From an uncultured delta proteobacterium (GTDB lineage: Bacteria; Desulfobacterota; Binatia; UBA9968), in the NCBI GenBank assembly GCA_963737905.1, contig CAVTUQ010000011.1, forward strand, positions 1 to 64,000: a stretch of 64,000 nt of DNA, read 5' to 3'. The notes under the pieces are model-generated. The model made no database searches, was not told the origin of the DNA, and saw only the letters and a list, made by a program, of their open reading frames with translations. Shown one piece after another: positions 19,260 to 28,723 of this stretch. How positions within the stretch are numbered: position 1 is the stretch's first letter; every line of letters starts with the position of its first letter. Made by a program: the position numbers and the translations under genes.

Positions 19260-19658
19260 ATGCTTATGGATCTGGAAGAAGAAAGACTTAAACACCAGCT
19301 AGAAGCTCGCGAAATAGCACTCAAGGAAAAAATCAATGCGCTTAAGGAGCGCATCGAGCACTTCAAGACGATGGTAGACGTGAAATCTCAAGTTCGGCGG
19401 CGCCCTGGTCTAACGTTGACGGGTTCAATTTTGGCAGGGTTTTTAACCAAGAAACTGGTCGCCGGAAAAAACCGCCATTCGCCCTATCCTCATCGCAGCA
19501 ATTCCCGCCCGGTGCCCATGCCGGCAATCGCGACCGGCGGGATCATCTCGGCAATAGCTACGCGGGCGGCCATCGCCATTATCAGTGAATTCGTTGACAA
19601 GCTGTTGCCCAAAAAAAAGGATAGACGGCAGTCTCCACCGAACGTTACCCACAACTGA
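19260..19658 (+). CDS. Hypothetical protein (DUF3618/YqjK-like)
   Basis: Coiled coil, then VRRRPGLTLTGSILAGFL; third gene of the cluster. Confidence 0.65.
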   Translation: MLMDLEEERLKHQLEAREIALKEKINALKERIEHFKTMVDVKSQVRRRPGLTLTGSILAGFLTKKLVAGKNRHSPYPHRSNSRPVPMPAIATGGIISAIATRAAIAIISEFVDKLLPKKKDRRQSPPNVTHN

Positions 19659-19682
19659 TTCGGTTAAAATTACCGACGATTT

Positions 19683-20741
19683 TCAGGAAACGAGGCGGAT
19701 CTGCCTCAGCTTATTCCGTAGCCACGACTCCGGTTTTACAACTTGAGTTTCGCGGCACTGATAGTGTTTCACCCGTTGGGTAAAACCGTTTTTTCCTATA
19801 ACCTCCTGCGCCTCTTTCTTTGCCTGCTCCTCCAACAGTTGCGGATCAATACCCGCTGTATTCCCGCGCTTCAACTTCTCCCGAAGAAGTTCCTGCGTTA
19901 GAGCGGCCTCGGTTTTGCCGTAGATGGTCATCGCTATGCTGCCGGTACGCTCATCTAAAAATACTTTGCTGCCTGCTTGCTCGTCCACCGCGACCCGCCG
20001 CCTCAGACTTTCCACGCACTGCGCCTTGGAGGGGTGATAGCCCAGCGGGCTCCAATTCATTGTACTCGTTCTCAGCCCGGGCTCATCGCCCGGCGGGTCA
20101 ACTACCGTGCTTTGCAGCAACGTCCACTCAATGGCTATCTCGGGTTGTTCCCATACAGCCTGCAAAACCAAAACGAGAATCATTATACCGAGGATGCCCA
20201 CCGCCATTTTGACCGAGACCCAGCGAGTCCAACGCCTAGCGAAAATCGAAGCCGTCGCGGCTGCTGGACGAGACCGTCCTAAAGTCGAAGTGCTTCGGGC
20301 CGCCGCTTGCCTAGCGACGCGCACCTTTTGCGACAGATCGTCATAGTAATTCCCGGCCGCCTTTGACAAACGCCGAAAAGTCTTCGTGATTCGCTGCACC
20401 TTTTCGTTGGACCGCCGAGCTAAATGCTCCCAAGTTTTCGCCGCTGGGGGACGATGCGGAGTTGCGCTCGATCTGCGCCCACTGGCCGCCGCTGCCGGCT
20501 TAACGGCTTGCGCCTTTTGAAAAAATCTTAAATCATACTGCCGGCGGCGCTCCACGTTTGATAGCACCGCATAAGCCGCATTGATTTGCTGTAATCTCTT
20601 GTTGGCCCGGGCTTTTTGCGTGGCATTAGGAAACAAGTCAGGATGGTATTTCTTAACCAGTTCGCGGTGCGCCGACTTTATTTCGTCCGCGCTTGCGGTG
20701 CGGGAAACTCCCAGAATCTTATAAAAATCGGGTTCAGCCAC
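19683..20741 (-). CDS. J-domain (DnaJ-like) membrane protein
   Basis: DFYKILGVSRTASADEIKSAHRELVKKYHPD; central TM helix; unknown C-terminal domain. Confidence 0.88.
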   Translation of the reverse strand: MAEPDFYKILGVSRTASADEIKSAHRELVKKYHPDLFPNATQKARANKRLQQINAAYAVLSNVERRRQYDLRFFQKAQAVKPAAAASGRRSSATPHRPPAAKTWEHLARRSNEKVQRITKTFRRLSKAAGNYYDDLSQKVRVARQAAARSTSTLGRSRPAAATASIFARRWTRWVSVKMAVGILGIMILVLVLQAVWEQPEIAIEWTLLQSTVVDPPGDEPGLRTSTMNWSPLGYHPSKAQCVESLRRRVAVDEQAGSKVFLDERTGSIAMTIYGKTEAALTQELLREKLKRGNTAGIDPQLLEEQAKKEAQEVIGKNGFTQRVKHYQCRETQVVKPESWLRNKLRQIRLVS

Positions 20742-20813
20742 TGTTTTCTGCTCATGGACGGAAGAGCTTCATAGGTGAACTCACCAAAACCACGCGGCGG
20801 CCTCCTAGGCTCG

Positions 20814-21047
20814 CTACGAGCTTTTGATGATCGCGCCACATTCCTCACACCGGTACCGCGCGCCGCCGCTTTCACTTCCCACGATCTGTTCGAATTCGTA
20901 GCGCTTGTTCCCGCTGGTCTCGAAACATTCCGGGCAAAAACCGTCTCCCAGCTCTTCGCCGGCGATGGTCAAATGGCAATACCGGCAACGGAGTGTCGTC
21001 TTGCGTTCAGGCAATAATTCGAGCGTGCTGTGATTGCAGGAAGCCAT
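20814..21047 (-). CDS. Small Cys-rich (zinc-binding) protein
   Basis: CNH, CRYC, CPEC and CEEC motifs in 77 aa. Confidence 0.7.
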   Translation of the reverse strand: MASCNHSTLELLPERKTTLRCRYCHLTIAGEELGDGFCPECFETSGNKRYEFEQIVGSESGGARYRCEECGAIIKSS

Positions 21048-21195
21048 TTTGAACGTCGCGAACAAGCCAACAAACAAGGCACCAGACACCCATAATGCCT
21101 AAATCATGGCCGGCTGGCAAAGGACTTGTTTATGGACACCTAGAAGATACCCCGGGCGAGTTTTAATTCATGAACCAGCTTCTGACTCAATATCA

Positions 21196-21211
21196 TGGTA
21201 TCAGATTTGCT
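21196..21211 (+). promoter_or_regulatory. sigma54 -24/-12 promoter
   Basis: TGGTAT-CAGAT-TTGCT, 38 bp before ATG 21250. Confidence 0.75.
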
Positions 21212-21249
21212 CGCATTCAAAGCAAATGGATCGGAGACGATTGAAAGAT

Positions 21250-22368
21250 ATGGATTCTCAACTACGTTTTAGCACAGGAGCGCTGCGGCGCTTGCTCCCT
21301 GTATTGTGTGGCATTTTCATAACGGCCTATTCAGCCCTTAGCGCCGAACTGCCGCTCAAGGATATCAAACTACCACCCGGTTTTGATATCAGTATCTATG
21401 CCGGTAACCTGCCGAATGCCCGGTCTCTCGCCCTCAGTCCCAAAGGTACGTTGTTCGTCGGTACTCTTAGAGAGGGAAAGGTTTACGGAGTTCTAAATGA
21501 CGGTAAGAAAACCGTTACCATTGCGCAGGGATTGAACATGCCCAATGGCGTCGCGTTTCGCAATGGAGCCCTCTACGTCGCCGAAGTCAATCGGGTGCTC
21601 CGGTACGACGATATCGAGTCCCGTCTTGCCAATCCCCCGAAACCAGTCGTAGTCAACGACCAGTTTCCAAAGGATCGCCATCATGGGTGGAAGTTTATAG
21701 CTTTTGGTCCGGACGGGCTGCTCTATGTCCCGGTGGGGGCACCCTGCAATATCTGTGAACCCGACGAAAATCGTTACGCGCTTATCAGCCATCTGAAGGC
21801 AGACGGAACCGGGATTGAGGTATTTGCCCGGGGTATTCGCAATACCGTCGGCTTCGACTGGCATCCGGTGACCAAGGAGCTTTGGTTCACCGACAATGGG
21901 GGTGATAATTTAGGGGACGATGTTCCGCCCGACGAGCTGAACCATGCGCCGAAGCAAGGTCTCAATTTCGGCTATCCCTACTGCCACGGAGGAGACATTC
22001 CTGACCCTCAGTTCGGCAAGAAACATCCCTGCAGTGAATTTACCCCGCCGGCACGAAAGCTCGGCCCTCATGTAGCTGCGCTGGGCATGCGCTTTTACAC
22101 CGGTTCGATGTTTCCGGCCGAGTATCGCAACCAGATTTTTATCGCGGAGCACGGCTCCTGGAACCGGAGCACGCCCATCGGATATCGAATCACCGTTGTC
22201 CAGCTAGAGAACAACCGAGCAGTTTCCTATAAACCCTTCGCCGAAGGTTGGTTGCAGGGAAGGCGGGCATGGGGACGACCCGTTGATGTGCTCGTCATGC
22301 CAAACGGCGCGTTGCTGGTGTCGGATGACGAAGCAGGGGTCATCTACCGTATTCATTACAGAAAATGA
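21250..22368 (+). CDS. Glucose/sorbosone dehydrogenase family (PQQ-type beta-propeller)
   Basis: Signal peptide; IAFGPDGLLYVPVGAPCNIC, GIRNTVGFDW, HGSWNRS and GRPVDV. Confidence 0.9.
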   Translation: MDSQLRFSTGALRRLLPVLCGIFITAYSALSAELPLKDIKLPPGFDISIYAGNLPNARSLALSPKGTLFVGTLREGKVYGVLNDGKKTVTIAQGLNMPNGVAFRNGALYVAEVNRVLRYDDIESRLANPPKPVVVNDQFPKDRHHGWKFIAFGPDGLLYVPVGAPCNICEPDENRYALISHLKADGTGIEVFARGIRNTVGFDWHPVTKELWFTDNGGDNLGDDVPPDELNHAPKQGLNFGYPYCHGGDIPDPQFGKKHPCSEFTPPARKLGPHVAALGMRFYTGSMFPAEYRNQIFIAEHGSWNRSTPIGYRITVVQLENNRAVSYKPFAEGWLQGRRAWGRPVDVLVMPNGALLVSDDEAGVIYRIHYRK

Positions 22369-22564
22369 ACATGCTGCGTCTTGACGCCGGGACTCGCCAT
22401 CTTCGAGGTGAAATATTTCAAATCCCGTTAACCGTAAAACCGCCGGCTAAGATACCTAGCCCGGATTATTCATGCGCCGAGGAAAAGCGACGCACATGTA
22501 GACCGAGACCGAGGAATGAACCTCGGAGCGAGCAGGCACAGGAGCGTGGAGCTACGCTGACTTC

Positions 22565-22600
22565 TAGGGGTTCAGCTACGAATAGGGGTTCAGCTACGAA
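22565..22600 (+). repeat. 18-bp tandem duplication
   Basis: TAGGGGTTCAGCTACGAA x2. Confidence 0.8.
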
Positions 22601-22721
22601 CTCGCGTTTTTTAACTACTCTGTGCTCCGCCACTCCAATTCGCAGGCTTCCTCAAGTCACAGGCCCATTGCCTGCGACCGGAGAGGCTCGGTCCTCGGTC
22701 ATCTTCGGTGAATAAACCGGG

Positions 22722-23417
22722 CTAGACATTGACCGTGGCCAACACCGGAAGATGGTCGGAGGCCGTTCGCGCCAGACCGTTGTCGGCTATTTTCACTTGC
22801 ACCAGTGCCCCCCTCGGTTTTACCCAGATCCGATCCAGAGCAAACACCGGAAAGAAAGACGGGAAGGTCCGCGGCGAAGGCGCCTTACCCAGATGACTGT
22901 TCAAACTATAGAGGGCGAATCCTCTCGGCCGCCATTCATTGATATCGCCGATGACAAGCGTGAGAGCATGATTCGCTTTTTGCTGCCGCAGTATTTTCAT
23001 CAGTGATTGAGCTTGCCGTCTCCTCTCGTTCAGTGCCAGCCCGAAGTGAGTTACCAAGACACGAATTATCTTGCCATCCCAAACGATCTCAGCCTCGATA
23101 ACCCCGCGCGGCTGGCGCCGGACCACAGTCAAATCATGGAGCCTCACGTGGGTGATCTCGCGAGAAGTCAGTAAGGCATTGCCGAATTCGAAATCCGCGC
23201 GTCGGATCGTTGGTCCGGCGACAGCGCTCATTCCCGTAGCGGCGGCCAGATAGTCGAGCTGATGGGATTTTTTCGACCCCAGCGGGTTCAAGTCCACTTC
23301 TTGCAATCCAATAATATCGGCCTTGATCTCCTGGATGACCGTCGCAATACGGTGCGGATCGCGCTTGCCATCTATGCCGACACACTGGTGAATGTTGTAG
23401 GAAACAGCGGTAAGCAA
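22722..23417 (-). CDS. Endonuclease/exonuclease/phosphatase family (YbhP-like)
   Basis: SYNIH, LQEV, GDINEW, LDRIW and ASDHLPV. Confidence 0.9.
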   Translation of the reverse strand: MLTAVSYNIHQCVGIDGKRDPHRIATVIQEIKADIIGLQEVDLNPLGSKKSHQLDYLAAATGMSAVAGPTIRRADFEFGNALLTSREITHVRLHDLTVVRRQPRGVIEAEIVWDGKIIRVLVTHFGLALNERRRQAQSLMKILRQQKANHALTLVIGDINEWRPRGFALYSLNSHLGKAPSPRTFPSFFPVFALDRIWVKPRGALVQVKIADNGLARTASDHLPVLATVNV

Positions 23418-23449
23418 GTTTTTCTGCCTGACAATCTAAGGCATTGCGC

Positions 23450-25558
23450 TCACGAGGCTGGCATGGCTCTGCCCCCATACCAGCGGTAAAACCCAACCCC
23501 CAGAAATGCAAAGAGGATCGCCAACACTATAAGAAGTATGATGTTTCCCATCCCTGGATCTTCGAGAGCTCGTGCCAGTTGATTCTCCAGAAGAACGATA
23601 GCCGATATGCCCGGGCTCATGCCCACAAGGGTGCCGAGCAAGAAATCGCGGACACGGATCTGAATCGCCCCCGCTACGAGATTCACAATAGCAAAAGGCG
23701 CAATAGGAACAATGCGAACAAATAACAGCGAAATAAAACCATGACGTGACATCTGCCGTTGCACGCGACCCAATCGGGATCCTGCAATTCTGCGCACTGT
23801 TTCCTTACCGACGATACGGCCCACAACGTAGGTAACCAGGGCGCTCACCAAACAGCCGCACAGGGCGTAGAGAAAGCCAAGAACAGGTCCAAACGCTGCT
23901 ACAGTGGCAATAATGAGCAATGTGACCGGCGCGAGAACTAAGCTGCCAATAGTAAAAATCCCGGCAATCCAGACCGGCGCAAGCGGTGAGTCGGTTATGG
24001 ACGTTACCCAGCTGCTGATGGTCGCATAGTCGACAAAGGCGTGCAAAGAAGTGGCACGCCAGATACCAACAAGCGCCGCCAAGCTCAATAAAATCACGGC
24101 CAAACGTAGCAGGCCCGGAACAGCGCGCCGCCGCGTGGCCGTAGGTATAAATTGTTGCATCAACTCATCGGGACTCAACGGACGCTCAGGATCGATGACC
24201 GAAGCCGCAGGAATCATCTCGTCAAGGGTTGGCGACACCGACCCGTCGAGGATACCCAGGGTACGACTACCCCCGCGCAACTCTTGTATGGCGCGTGCCA
24301 AAGACCGTTCTGCCGAATGTTTTTCTGCGACCCTTTCGGGTGACACTCCTAAATGCTCGGCCAGCAGCCGGTTGCGTAGGTTGGCAATGGAATTCTCCGT
24401 GGCCGGCGTCTCCGCCTCGATCGCGAGGTCGCACTCTGTGTCCAGGCCCATAGAGCGATTGTTAAGGTTCGCCGATCCAACGCGAAGCAATCTGTCGTCG
24501 ATAATGCAAACTTTGGCATGTACCCGCATCTGGACGCTCGGGTCCGCTAAAACAGGATAGTAGACATGCAGCCGCCCAAAGCGGTCGGCTGCGCGCAAGC
24601 GCCGCAGCAGGCGCGACCTCAACACCGCCATACTCACCTGTTCCAGCCATTCTGAGGTCTCTTGGGGCAATACCATGATGATTTCCGGGCCGTCCTGTTC
24701 TTGCAGTCGGGATGCTAAAGCGTCTCCAATTGATGAGGAGCTCAGATATTGGTTTTCCAGATATATGTTCCGGCGCGCATAGCGGATGCTGTCGAGGTAT
24801 AGATCTTCCACCTCCCGTATTTCCTGCCGTACATCGTAGGCAGGCTCGGTACGGGAGATTGCCACCGCAACATCCTGAAAAGCCGCTGTTACTCCCGACG
24901 GCCACGGATCTCCAGATCTCCCGGCAGCAACGCGGAGTCGCTGCCCCGTGGCCCGGCGCCAACGCTCCCGGACAAGACGCCCGAGAGTGGCGGCGGCATC
25001 GCCGTCTACCATGAGCTGCACGTCATGGTAAGGAGGATAAAGTCGGCCAAGAGAATCTACCCGGTGAGGATCTTGGGCCAGGTGATCAGGCGTGTCCCAG
25101 CGACGCTCCGCTATATCCAATCCGCCGGCAAACGCGAGGGCGTCATCGACGACGACAATCTTCTGATGATGCGACGCGCCCAAGGGATGGCCGCTGTCGA
25201 GGTGAAAATGAATCCTTCTGTGGGTCCGCCAGGGGTGAGCATAAAGCGGAATGATTTCGCGATCAGCGGCATAGATCATCGCAAAATCCCACAGCAGCAC
25301 ATAAATGCGAAGCTTCCGATTACGGCGCACGAGACCATGTAAAAAGTCTCCGAAGCATGGAGCAGCAGAATTTCGAGGATTCGGCCGGAGCCGGCTATCG
25401 AGCTGCCAGCCGGCAATCAAAATAAACCGCTGTGCGTTCTCAAGGGCCGACGTCAACGCGGAAAAGTAAGCTTCGCCGTCGATTAGGAAAGCCGCGCGGT
25501 TTGCTCGACTGATCGAGCAGCAGTTTTTTCCCTCCACGCAGATACGCGATGAATTCAT
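23450..25558 (-). CDS. Phospholipase D (two HKD) fused to a VTT/DedA membrane domain
   Basis: HHQKIVVVDD, VHAKVCIIDD...GSANLNNRS; C-terminal TM region with RIVPIAPF. Confidence 0.9.
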   Translation of the reverse strand: MNSSRICVEGKNCCSISRANRAAFLIDGEAYFSALTSALENAQRFILIAGWQLDSRLRPNPRNSAAPCFGDFLHGLVRRNRKLRIYVLLWDFAMIYAADREIIPLYAHPWRTHRRIHFHLDSGHPLGASHHQKIVVVDDALAFAGGLDIAERRWDTPDHLAQDPHRVDSLGRLYPPYHDVQLMVDGDAAATLGRLVRERWRRATGQRLRVAAGRSGDPWPSGVTAAFQDVAVAISRTEPAYDVRQEIREVEDLYLDSIRYARRNIYLENQYLSSSSIGDALASRLQEQDGPEIIMVLPQETSEWLEQVSMAVLRSRLLRRLRAADRFGRLHVYYPVLADPSVQMRVHAKVCIIDDRLLRVGSANLNNRSMGLDTECDLAIEAETPATENSIANLRNRLLAEHLGVSPERVAEKHSAERSLARAIQELRGGSRTLGILDGSVSPTLDEMIPAASVIDPERPLSPDELMQQFIPTATRRRAVPGLLRLAVILLSLAALVGIWRATSLHAFVDYATISSWVTSITDSPLAPVWIAGIFTIGSLVLAPVTLLIIATVAAFGPVLGFLYALCGCLVSALVTYVVGRIVGKETVRRIAGSRLGRVQRQMSRHGFISLLFVRIVPIAPFAIVNLVAGAIQIRVRDFLLGTLVGMSPGISAIVLLENQLARALEDPGMGNIILLIVLAILFAFLGVGFYRWYGGRAMPAS

Positions 25559-25632
25559 AAATCTTTTAACGAGTTGCTTAATGGCAACGCAGCCAGTCAC
25601 CGGTAGGGGCGCAGTTTCGTAGGCTACACGAC

Positions 25633-25648
25633 CGCAAATGGAATGCCA
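25633..25648 (-). promoter_or_regulatory. sigma54 -24/-12 promoter (PLD-EEP operon)
   Basis: TGGCAT-TCCAT-TTGCG on the minus strand. Confidence 0.75.
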
Positions 25649-25941
25649 ATTAAAACACTTTCTCCTCTGAGGAAGATCGCTAATGGGCCGGACCGGTTAG
25701 GTTATTTATGCTTTCATAAACAACTTCGACCTTTGCGGAAACTCCAGACGCTACTTTGCCGGAAATCGACGGCCCTTACATCATACACTTTGAGCCAAAA
25801 GCTCACGCACTGGGTTGCTGATTTGTAAGACTTTTTCTGACACCCGTCCGACCGTCTATATCATCAGCCCGACGCTGCTGGAACAATTTTTTTAACGTTC
25901 TCAGTACCTTTCGCTGGAGAAGCTGCGCAGAAAAAATGCTG

Positions 25942-25957
25942 TGGTACGGGAGTTGCA
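25942..25957 (+). promoter_or_regulatory. sigma54 -24/-12 promoter
   Basis: TGGTAC-GGGAG-TTGCA. Confidence 0.8.
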
Positions 25958-26025
25958 CAACTCGCATTGCACAAAATGCGCGCGACTCATAATTGACCGC
26001 GCCACCGAAAGAGCGAGGAACCCTT

Positions 26026-26466
26026 ATGCTTGACAAACAACCTTTTCACAATGACGAGATCGCAGAGGATTTCCTCTGCCGGGAGCAAACACGAAATCTG
26101 TTCGGACAACCGGATGTTATCGTCATCCACGAGTACCTCTATGTCTATCGAAGCAGCACCGCTCATACGCCGGAGATAAAACTCATCGCAGCGGTGCTGG
26201 AAGATGCAATCGACTGTTATCTCAAGTATTGTTCAGCGAAAACTCGACGCGGAAAAAGAATCTTCGGGGAAGCGGCGCAATGGATCTTTGACCGGGACGA
26301 AGATTGGCTTTTCGGGTTTGAAAACATTTGTGAGATGTTGAAACTCGACCCCGACTACATCAGGCGCGTCCTTAAGCAGAATGCGCAGGAGCGCTTGCTG
26401 AATCAAGCCTCCGGGCAGCAGCTGCTTCCAGACTTCTCGGCAACAGCGTTGCGTTTAGCGTCTTAG
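26026..26466 (+). CDS. Hypothetical protein with HTH-like C-terminus
   Basis: LIAAVLEDAIDCY...AAQWIF...FGFENICEMLKLDPDYIRRVL; RBS GAGG. Confidence 0.75.
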   Translation: MLDKQPFHNDEIAEDFLCREQTRNLFGQPDVIVIHEYLYVYRSSTAHTPEIKLIAAVLEDAIDCYLKYCSAKTRRGKRIFGEAAQWIFDRDEDWLFGFENICEMLKLDPDYIRRVLKQNAQERLLNQASGQQLLPDFSATALRLAS

Positions 26467-26598
26467 CTGTCCCCTCCTGGTTTCGTGCTCGAATCCTGTC
26501 CGGACAGCGATTGCTGCCCTGATGGGTCTCCTGAATCCGCGTAAACAGCGATCGCAGAAAAAATCTGCAGAGAATTTTCTCGTATCGCGTGGAATAAC

Positions 26599-27894
26599 TT
26601 GGCTACCGTGGCAAAAAGCCATCGGGTTATCGTGGTTGGCGGAGGCTTTGCCGGCCTTTACGCAACCCAGTGTCTAAAGCATGTATCCGTAGCGGTAACG
26701 CTCATCGACCGGCGCAATTTTCATCTGTTTCAACCGTTGCTCTACCAGGTCGCGACCGGCTGGCTCTCGCCGGCCAACATCGCGGCAACCCTGCGCGCCA
26801 TCCTCAAACACCATAAAAACACCCACGTGCTTTTGGCGGAGGCGGTCGGTATCGACGTGGATAATCGACGGGTCCTGCTGGATAGCGGTTCTCTGACCTA
26901 TGATACTCTGATCGTCGCAACAGGCTCCCGTCATCACTACTTCGGTCATCAGCAGTGGGAACCCTTCGCCCCGAGCCTTAAAACGGTCGAAGATGCCACT
27001 GAAATTCGCCGGCGTATTTTTTCCGCCTTTGAAGCCGCCGAACGAGCAGCCGATACCGAACAACTAAGCGCGTTGTTGACCTTCGTAATCGTCGGCGGAG
27101 GACCAACAGGTGTCGAATTGGCAGGCGCTCTGGGGGAGATCGCCAACGATACTCTCCGGCACGATTTTCGTAATATCGATCCCTCGAAAGCCCGCATAAT
27201 ATTGATCGAGGCAACCGACCGGATTCTGCCCACTTATCCTCCGGAGTTGGCCCATCAGGCGGAAATTTCGCTGAACAAATTGGGAGTTGAAGTGCAAAGC
27301 CAGGCAATGGTTACAGATATAAATCCGAGAGCCGTTACGGTGAAGCGCGCTGACAGGCTCGAAACTATTCCCTGCCGCACGGTGATTTGGGCCGCAGGAG
27401 TTCAAGCTTCGTTTATGGGTAAAGTTCTCGCCCAGGCCACCGGTGCCGAGCTGGATCGCAGCGGAAGGGTTCTCGTTGAGGCGGACCTAACCATTCCGGG
27501 TCACCCGGAAATATTTGTGATCGGGGATCTGGCCCACTATGATCACCCGAACGGCAAGCTCCTCCCCGGTATCGCACCGGTAGCCATTCAAGAAGGCCAA
27601 TATGTGGCGAGAGTTATACGCAGCAGAGTTACCGGAGCCCCTTCACCTTCTTTTCGTTACCATGATCGCGGCAACATGGCCATTGTCGGCAGAGCCTCCG
27701 CAGTTGCCGATCTAGGTAAATTGCAGTTCTCTGGCTTCCTCGCTTGGCTGGCCTGGCTTTTTGTCCATCTCATGCATCTGGTGGAGTTCGAAAATAAGGT
27801 TCTCGTTTTAATTCAGTGGGGTTGGTATTACTTTCGTCGCAACCGTGCGGCGCGATTGATTACCAGCAGCGATTCCGCCAAGCGGACCGATTAG
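26599..27894 (+). CDS. ndh: Type II NADH dehydrogenase (NDH-2) family
   Basis: VGGGFAG, HLFQPLLYQVATG, VGGGPTGVELAG, WAAGV and IGDLA. Confidence 0.9.
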   Translation: MATVAKSHRVIVVGGGFAGLYATQCLKHVSVAVTLIDRRNFHLFQPLLYQVATGWLSPANIAATLRAILKHHKNTHVLLAEAVGIDVDNRRVLLDSGSLTYDTLIVATGSRHHYFGHQQWEPFAPSLKTVEDATEIRRRIFSAFEAAERAADTEQLSALLTFVIVGGGPTGVELAGALGEIANDTLRHDFRNIDPSKARIILIEATDRILPTYPPELAHQAEISLNKLGVEVQSQAMVTDINPRAVTVKRADRLETIPCRTVIWAAGVQASFMGKVLAQATGAELDRSGRVLVEADLTIPGHPEIFVIGDLAHYDHPNGKLLPGIAPVAIQEGQYVARVIRSRVTGAPSPSFRYHDRGNMAIVGRASAVADLGKLQFSGFLAWLAWLFVHLMHLVEFENKVLVLIQWGWYYFRRNRAARLITSSDSAKRTD

Positions 27895-27991
27895 TCCCTT
27901 CGTCCACGTCGCATCGCTGCGCTCCTCATTAATCCAAACCCGCGCCTTGAGATCGAGGGTAATAGTTATAGACTTAAATCAGGAGGTTACT

Positions 27992-28705
27992 ATGTTTCGC
28001 GACAAAATCGAACTGAAAGATCTCGAAAAAATGGATGCTGAGTATCGGGAGCTATTAGGGCGGGTCGCTACCATACAGGCGGATTGCGAGATCGGCGGCC
28101 CCCATCTCTATGTTAAAGATATTTTGCCGTCGGCTCCGAGCAAAGTCGATCAATTGGTCGTGGCGCGGACCGCGGCCGAAGAAATGGATCATTTCCGCAA
28201 GATCGCACGTGTCGCGGGAGAGATGGGCGTTGATGTGTCCTTCGTACTCACCTGGCCCAATCAAAAGCGCTATCTCGAGGCCTTCCGAGGGATCATCAAG
28301 ACCTGGGAGGATTTTGCAGTTTTTGGATTTCTGATCGACCGCGTCGGCCGCTACCAATTGGAAGAATTCATCGGCGGTACTTACCAACCTCTAGAGCGCA
28401 TCTTGCCGGAAGTTATGAAGGAAGAAATTGGTCACATAGGATACGGTCAAAGCAAAACCGCCGAGCTTGCGGCCAAGGACGAAGGGAGGGAGAAAGTCCA
28501 AAGAGCGGTGGATTTCTGGTATGTCAAGGCACTCGACATGTTCGGCCGTTCCGACTCCACACGTGATCAACGCTACCTTTACTGGGGCTTAAAACGCAGG
28601 ACCAACGCTCAGGCGAGAGAGGAATTTATTCAAGAAGTAAATCCCTTGATTGAAAAGATCGGCCTGAAAATCCCCGATCCTCTCAAAGGGCGACAATATC
28701 TTTAG
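27992..28705 (+). CDS. Ferritin-like diiron protein, PaaA/PaaC family
   Basis: ADCE, EEMDH, EEIGH and WYVKALDMFGRSDS; RBS AGGAGG. Confidence 0.82.
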   Translation: MFRDKIELKDLEKMDAEYRELLGRVATIQADCEIGGPHLYVKDILPSAPSKVDQLVVARTAAEEMDHFRKIARVAGEMGVDVSFVLTWPNQKRYLEAFRGIIKTWEDFAVFGFLIDRVGRYQLEEFIGGTYQPLERILPEVMKEEIGHIGYGQSKTAELAAKDEGREKVQRAVDFWYVKALDMFGRSDSTRDQRYLYWGLKRRTNAQAREEFIQEVNPLIEKIGLKIPDPLKGRQYL

Positions 28706-28723
28706 CCACAACCGGTTCGGGCT

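Noticed and set aside
22565-22600. Tandem repeats (also 4488-4519) as CRISPR remnants
   Set aside because: Only two adjacent copies, no spacers, no cas genes
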